In this document: piece by piece, positions 57,701 to 64,000 of the stretch | Position numbering within the stretch: the first letter of the stretch is position 1 | How the letters are laid out: every line of letters begins with the position of its first letter | DNA from: Oikopleura dioica | Lineage: Eukaryota > Animalia > Chordata | Reading direction: 5' to 3' | Length of the DNA: 64,000 bases | Assembly: GCA_907165135.1 (NCBI GenBank) | Contig: OU015567.1 | Coordinates: 2,790,001 to 2,854,000, forward strand | The notes under the pieces: model-generated | What the model was told of the DNA's origin: nothing | The model's database searches: none | Seen by the model: only the letters and a program-made list of their open reading frames with translations | Made by a program: the position numbers and the translations under genes

Positions 57701-60700
57701 GGTTCAAGAGTTTCCGTTTCTTGATTCAGCAACTCAGTTACAGCCTGAGAAGTTTCTCTTTCTGATTCCAGAGGTAGGTCTGACACTTCATCAACAGTTT
57801 CGTCTTTGATCTCAGAAGCATTGCCCTCAAGCGAGTCCAAATCAAGATCACGCTCAACCGTCGTCTCCAAAATTTTCTCGGCGATAATTTCTTTCTCCTC
57901 AATTTCTTTAGCTTCAGGAGGACCATCTTGAGTTGGTTCAGCGACAGTGCAAACTTTTTCGACTGTTTCTTCGACAAGGTGCTTGACTTTTTCCTCGACC
58001 TCAGAATCAGAAATCTTCGCATCATTAATTTCTAGGGGTTGATCAGGCTCTTCGGTTCGCAGTTCATCTTCCACAACTTGATCATCAGATTGGATTTGAT
58101 CTTCTGAATCATTTTCAACACGTTCTTTATCGGCGACTTTGATCTTTTCCTCTGCAAGCGATTTTCTTTCATCAAGAATAATGGTGTTTTGTTCAACGTT
58201 TTCTAGCTTGGAAATAAGTGCTTCTGTCGTTGAAGTTGTAAATTGCTGGACTGGCTCGACAATGGCTTCGTCCTCGATGGTTTCTTCGACGACAATATCG
58301 ACCTTTGCAGCAATAAGAGTTTCCTCTTCTTCCTGGAGTGGCGGTTCTTCAGTAGTTGAAGCTGTTTCCTCGATATTATCGTTTTCATGAGTGATTGCTT
58401 CAGATTCAGGCATGGTTTCTTTTTGAATCTTTTCCACGAGCATGATTTCCTGAGTTTCTGGAGTTTTTCCACTTTCCTCCGATATTTTAGTTGAAGAAGC
58501 AACCTCAAGGTCAGTTTCGAGATCGTTCTGCTGATTATTAACATCATTTCCGAGCTGTTCTTGTTCAACGATTTCTTCCCTTTTGGATAGATTTTCAATT
58601 TTCACATCTTCCTGAACAGTTTCTGGTCCTTCCGTATTCTCAGTTTTTTGTTCATTTTGCGAGACTTCAGTTTCAGCAGCAAGATTTTCGCTTGTTATTT
58701 CAGAATCAGCTGATGTTTCTCGTCCAGAAACATCAACGACTTCTAGATTTTTCAGGTCGGTGATGATATTTGGGTCTTCTGTTGTGCTGCCAATGGCTGA
58801 GTCGAGCTCTGGTTGAAATAGAGGAAGTTTGGCATCTTGAGCAATTATTTGAACAGCCTCAAGAACTTCCATTGATTGATCATCAGTGACAGAAGCTTGA
58901 TTTGGAGTCAAGGATGAGTCCATTCGAGATTCGAATGATTCCGCGATGGTTGAAAGACCAGTGGTCGTACTTTCTGACTGCGACATGATGAAATCTTCAG
59001 AATTCGTGTCGATCGAGGCAAATGTAACTTGCTCACAGGACAAATCGTCGGCAATGAGCTCATCAGTTCGTCGATCGAGAGTTTCTTCTGAAGGAAGAGT
59101 GATTCTTGAAGAGCTTGAGAGCAAGTGGGAGATCTCTTCTTCATTTGGAATTTCAAGCTCAGAAATTGATGGAATCTCGGAATCAACAATCTTAGGTCCC
59201 GAGGGAGTATCTTCGAAAATTATGTCTTCATGACTTGTCTTTCCGGAAAGAAGAGTCTGATCTTCAACAGTTTCTTGAACATTCTCTTTTGAAAGAGTCT
59301 CTTCTGGCTCTTGAATCTTCAGTTCCTCGGCTTGATGTTCATTCTGAGTTGTTTCTGGCTCGGTAGAGATCAACGCTGAAATTAGATCGAATTTTTCAGA
59401 TGCTGGTTCTTCTTCCGGTTCATCTTGAATGTGACTTTCTTGATGAGATTCTTGGACAGACAATTCTTTTTCTTGAGTTTCTTCCTCGGGACTGTAATCT
59501 TGTTCAGCAAGAATGTCTGAATTAACGTCGGATTGGATTGTTTCCGATGCAAGTTGAATATCGTCCTCTTTCTCGGCTACAATTTCGCCATCATCGTTTT
59601 TCTTCTCAATAAGATCTTCGATGATAGAATCCTCCGGAACAGCTTCTAGGGTAGTCTCTTGTGGTTCAACATTGTTTGCTTGAGTGATGTCGATTTCGGT
59701 CACAATATCAGGTGAATCAATGTCGATTGGCGTCTGTGACTCCGTAATGGCTGGATGAGGAACGATGACTTGATCAGACTCTTCGACTTCACTGGAGACG
59801 ACAACTTCGTCAGTAGTATCGATTTCTTCATTGCTTACGATATCTTTCGTGTTTCTGTTGATAGTGCCCTCCTCTTGAATTTCATCAGCGATCTTTTCAA
59901 CTTCGATTTCAGGACTTTCTTCCACATCAATATTGGATGATTCAACCGCCTTTCCGATCTCAGACTCGGCGTTTTCTTGGCCATCAATTTCGTTATCGAC
60001 ATGTTCTAGCTCGTTCTCAACGACGATGCTTTTATCTGCTTCGCAAATATCATCAGCTATTGACTCGTTCACAATCGGATCAGCAGAGATGACGTCAAGA
60101 TCGACGGCTTCGTCTTGATCCATTTCGTCGACTTGGTTGTTTTCAATAATGACGGCTTCATCAGTCTTGGCATCAATAGGCTCTTTCGAGATAAGAGTAT
60201 CATTCTCACCAGAATCGATATTTTCGCTGACGAAAGCTTCCTTTGTTTCTTCTTCAGCAATAGTTTCCTCAGAGATGATCACGTCAGCGTTCTCGACATC
60301 AATATTTTCGCTAATGATAGCTTCTTTCGATTCCTCTTCGATCTCTTTATCTTCTGAATCGATGATTTTCTCCTGCGCTCCAGTATCAGTTTTTATATCA
60401 TTTTCGCGGATAACAAGTTCTTCGTTTTCTTCATCGGCAATGGCGGTAAAGTCAGATTTTTCCTCGAAATTCAGAACCTCAAAGCTTTCTTGAGCGTTTT
60501 CATCATCATTTTGAGGGAGATCTTCATTGCTTTTTTGCTCGACAATTTCAGGCCTTTGAACGGGTCCATCCTCAATGATGACTTCTACGGCCTCTGATTC
60601 GCGCTCTGATGGCGTCATTTCGAAATCTTGTTGTTGATTTTCAGGAGCAGCTTCTCTTGTTTCATCCAAAATATTGTCTTCGGATACGTCGTCGATAAGC

Positions 60701-62402
60701 GAGAAATCTTCATCAGGTCCTTCTGTCGAAGAACTGCTCAGGCGACAGAGCATATCTTCTCCGACAGCTTTTTCGACAACAAAATCCGACTCATCGACTC
60801 GCTTCTCATCATCTTCATTAACTTCAGACGAGTCAAAAACTGGGTTGACTTCGACATGCATAATTGGAGCTGGATTTTCGACGCTTCCATCGATATCATT
60901 CAGCGTTCTTTCGTCGATTTCATCGTCGTCTGGGCCTTCTGTCGATGGACTGTCAGTTCGGCTAACGTATTCGATGTCTTTCATGACGTCTACTGAAGTG
61001 GTCATTTCCGATTCAGGCTCGTCAGCGGCAGATGTTTCCAGTTCTTGCACTTGATCGATTACGTTCGAGAGGAGGTCTTCACAGGAATATAATTGCGCCA
61101 CGAAATAATATAGACAAAGAAATCGCTTTTTAGCCTTCGCGAAAAAAAAAACAAATAAAATATTGATTTTACTCATAAATAAAATTAAGATGAAAACAAT
61201 AACAAAGTAAAATTTCTAAATGAAGTAAATGAGAGAATGAATGAATGAGCTACTGTTAGAATTCTGGCTAGATGAATATCCCTTCCTACATCATTACTCA
61301 CTTGCTCTGTTCGGTCAACAACAACTTCAACTTCCTTTTTGATGTCATCAAGTTCAGCTGACACTTCTCCAACTGAAGCTTCAACATCTTCGTCCTCAAT
61401 CAGAGTATTTTGAAGTTCTTCCTTGGCTTCTTCCTCTTCGACCTCTGTTTGCTCATCGGAACCAGTTTCTAGAGGAGCAGTCTCAAGTTCTTTGGTTGAT
61501 TCATGAGTAGATGCCGTAGAAGGAGGAGGAAGAATCTGCGCTCCGGAAAGTTCTTCTTCGCATTCTACGATTCCATACTCAGCCAAAACGGCTTCTTCGT
61601 CTATCCATTTCTTGACGTGTTGGTTTTCCACCAATGGCGATTCGATTTTCGGCGTCGGAGGGGTTTCCGGAACGGGTGCAGCACTCGTGACAGTTGTTGC
61701 TTCCTCGACGGCTGTTTCGCTTGTTACTGTATTTGACGTTATTTCTTCGTGGACAATTTGTTCGATTTCTAGTGAAGGGTAAGAATTGTGAATGAAAGTT
61801 AGGCTTACCTTTTCGCGATTCAGCAATTTGCTCCTCAGCAATAGTCTCTTCGCCGGTAAGCTCATTAGTTGAAATGAGATTTTCTTGTTTAATCTCATTA
61901 TCAGACTGCTCGGCGACAGTTTGATCGGCCTCTTCGCCCTCTTGATTTGATTCGGGGCGCTTGATTGCTTCTGGAGAATCGCCGAAATGAACTTTTGCGT
62001 CTTTGGAGCTTGGTCTGGACTGGGATTCTTCGCACGCGGGTACTTCGGGGGTGGATTCTACAGTGGGGATGTCTTCTGAATGACTTTTGTCAAAAAAAAA
62101 GAGGAAAAAGAAGGGATCTTACCGGGGTTAATAAGTACAAATTCCATACCATCAGGAGCGCTTCGAGATGATATGATCGTCGTTGTTTGATTCGCAGTCG
62201 CATCATCCAGCTCTTCCTCGTCCTAAATTGAATTCATTAGACTCCCTTATCAGATTTCTCGACGGTAATCTACCTCGATATCTTGAACAAAGAGAGGACC
62301 AGGCGGAGCAGAATAAACAACATCGGGCGTTTCCGTCGATTCGGAGGCGATAAAGTCAGAAGCATTAGCAGCGAACTCGGACACGTGCGTTGGGAGGGAA
62401 TG
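54732..62402 (-). CDS. Giant Glu/Asp-rich, probably disordered protein, multi-exon; possibly the tail of the DCDC2-like gene
   Basis: ORFs 61176-56752, 61898-61185, 56133-55630 and 55380-55138 plus further GT-AG-flanked exons, ending SEKAAAAPSGEH* (TGA at 54734-54732). Some exon joins are unresolved. Confidence 0.8.
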
Positions 62403-62559
62403 CTAGTTGGAAATGGCGGTTGAATTTGGTTACTGGCAATTGACGACGTCGAATATTGACAACATTGACAACATGAGTTAAAACGATGGAAAACATCAAT
62501 ACCCTCTTTTGATTTTTTCACTCATGAAATATCTTGGCTTCTGGGACAAGACTTTTTTG

Positions 62560-62594
62560 ATTGGTTCAGACGAAAATTTCTGGCTTCTGATTGG
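62560..62594. promoter_or_regulatory. Pair of CCAAT boxes 30 bp apart
   Basis: GATTGG at 62559-62564 and 62589-62594, i.e. CCAATC on the minus strand. Confidence 0.3.
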
Positions 62595-62876
62595 CTCAAA
62601 GCAAAAAATGATAGGGGCCTTCTTAAGGCCCTCTGTAGCCCCGATTTCATGATATATTGATCCTTTTCTTGAAGAAAAAGGATCTAACTGTACAAAAAAG
62701 ACCAGTTAATCAACTGTACCCTATGATGAAGCCGTGCTCCCCGGCCAACCACGATGAGCTAAAGACAACTGAGAAACAAGTTATAAAATGAGACAACGCT
62801 TTCGTTTGTGAAATATTTGTGAGTTCATGGACACCAGAGTACGCTAGTAGGAAAACAACGAGGAGATAAAAAACCT

Positions 62877-64000
62877 GATCAATGGGAAGGTCCGTTTTTA
62901 TGTCGGGAGCGTCGGGGACGACATCGCTGGGCTCTTTTTGGACCGGCGCGACGGCGATTGGGGGGAGGGCTTCTTTGCGTTGAACTGAAATGATAAGTTA
63001 AAAGTTAGTGTATCTTACTTTTTTCATTATTTGAATTCAGAAGGAATTTCAGAACACTTGGAAAAATTCCAACGTCATGAAAACGCATGTAAAACAGCCT
63101 GAAGCACTTGACAGAAACACCGTAGCTTTCTCACCTTTTGTTGGTTTCTTGAGACCCGAAATTTCTTTCGTTTCCTTCTGGCTTTTGACAGGCGCTTTGA
63201 GTGGCTTGAGCGGGCGGCTTCTCACGCGACCAGGTCGTTCTTGAGAAGTGGCGGAGCTACAAAAATATTTTACGTTCAGAGTCAAGTGATTTGTGCAGCA
63301 GAAATCTATGCGTGGAAATTTTGTCCCTCTCAACGGTGAAAATGACCTTTTTTGACTCTCTCTCATGAAGGTGCCAAAAATGTGGTCATTTTGCCGTGTA
63401 AGGTTAAGCTCAAAAATCATCATTACAAAAGCATCTTACAGTTGGTCGCCTTGAACAGACATTTCACTAATAAAAAAGGTTTCACAAATGATGTTTTTTC
63501 TCGGATTTGAGCCGAAACTCACCTCATTCCATATGCCGCTCGCTTGAATTTTTCAACTCCAGCGGCAACGTAACTTTCTCCATCGCGAATTTGTGCGGCT
63601 AAAATTGATAGTCGCTGAAAGAGATGAAATCAAGATAAGGCTTTACCGTCGGTTATTTTCTCGCCCGACATGGCAAAAAGATTTCGGATAGCGTAGCCCG
63701 TCTTGGCCGAAATTTTGACGGCCACATCGTCGAGGATATAATCGAGCTTTTGGGATCGCGGGGATTTGAGTAGAAAGCGGAAATTTACTCGAGGATTGCC
63801 ATTTGCGTACACACTAGAATTAGAGAAAGAAATTGCCAGGGGAATGCTTTTCTTACGTGATGTTTTTCATGTGTTGATCATTAATATTCTGGAATCTGCT
63901 TGTGGCCGGAATCGACTTCTGAAAAGCATGCACGCGTGAGAAATGGCCGGGTTGATAAATTTATTAAATCTCCCAGGGGATCAAGGTGAAAAACGCTTTC
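62877..64000 (-). CDS. DCDC2: Doublecortin-domain protein (DCDC2-like), second DCX domain; 5' end outside the window
   Basis: ATSRFQNINDQHMKNIT|VYANGN..RFLL..KLDYILDDVAVKI..YAIRNLFAMSGEKI|..DGESYVAAGVEKFKRAAY is a DCX domain. The SxRF linker and a later DLPIDQ motif resemble DCDC2. Confidence 0.8.

Noticed and set aside
62615-62631. GGGCCTT-CTT-AAGGCCC hairpin resembling a histone mRNA stem-loop
   Set aside because: Stem and loop lengths differ from the 6-4-6 consensus and no histone ORF lies next to it.

Overview
Gene-dense eukaryotic (animal) genomic DNA, not prokaryotic. Most introns are about 40-50 nt, several start with GA instead of GT, and unpaired acceptor-like sites sit just before some ATGs. 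Together with chordate-type muscle proteins, this points to an appendicularian tunicate (Oikopleura-like; inference). Recognisable genes: X11/Mint (APBA) with an intronic tRNA-Asp, two tandem trypsin-type proteases, stomatin, a two-saposin secreted protein, a TspanC8 tetraspanin, an operon-like MMADHC-GrpE-RRM run, a striated-type myosin II heavy chain, histone H1, calsequestrin ending in KDEL, an ankyrin protein, a ~2560-aa EGF/mucin/chitin-binding/ZP matrix protein, and a DCDC2-like gene next to (possibly fused with) a giant acidic ORF. Six non-autonomous DNA transposons have intact TIRs and TSDs. Main signals: (1) a 717-bp hAT-like element sits inside the myosin P-loop codons, and its TSD supplies a perfect GTGAGT donor; a foldback-type element sits inside a membrane-protein exon; both are candidate transposon-born introns or disrupted alleles; (2) six GA-AG introns share an AG|GAA donor and A-rich acceptors; (3) there are nested genes in GrpE and myosin introns. 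All gene models were read by hand from protein similarity and frame logic; no searches or RNA data were available.
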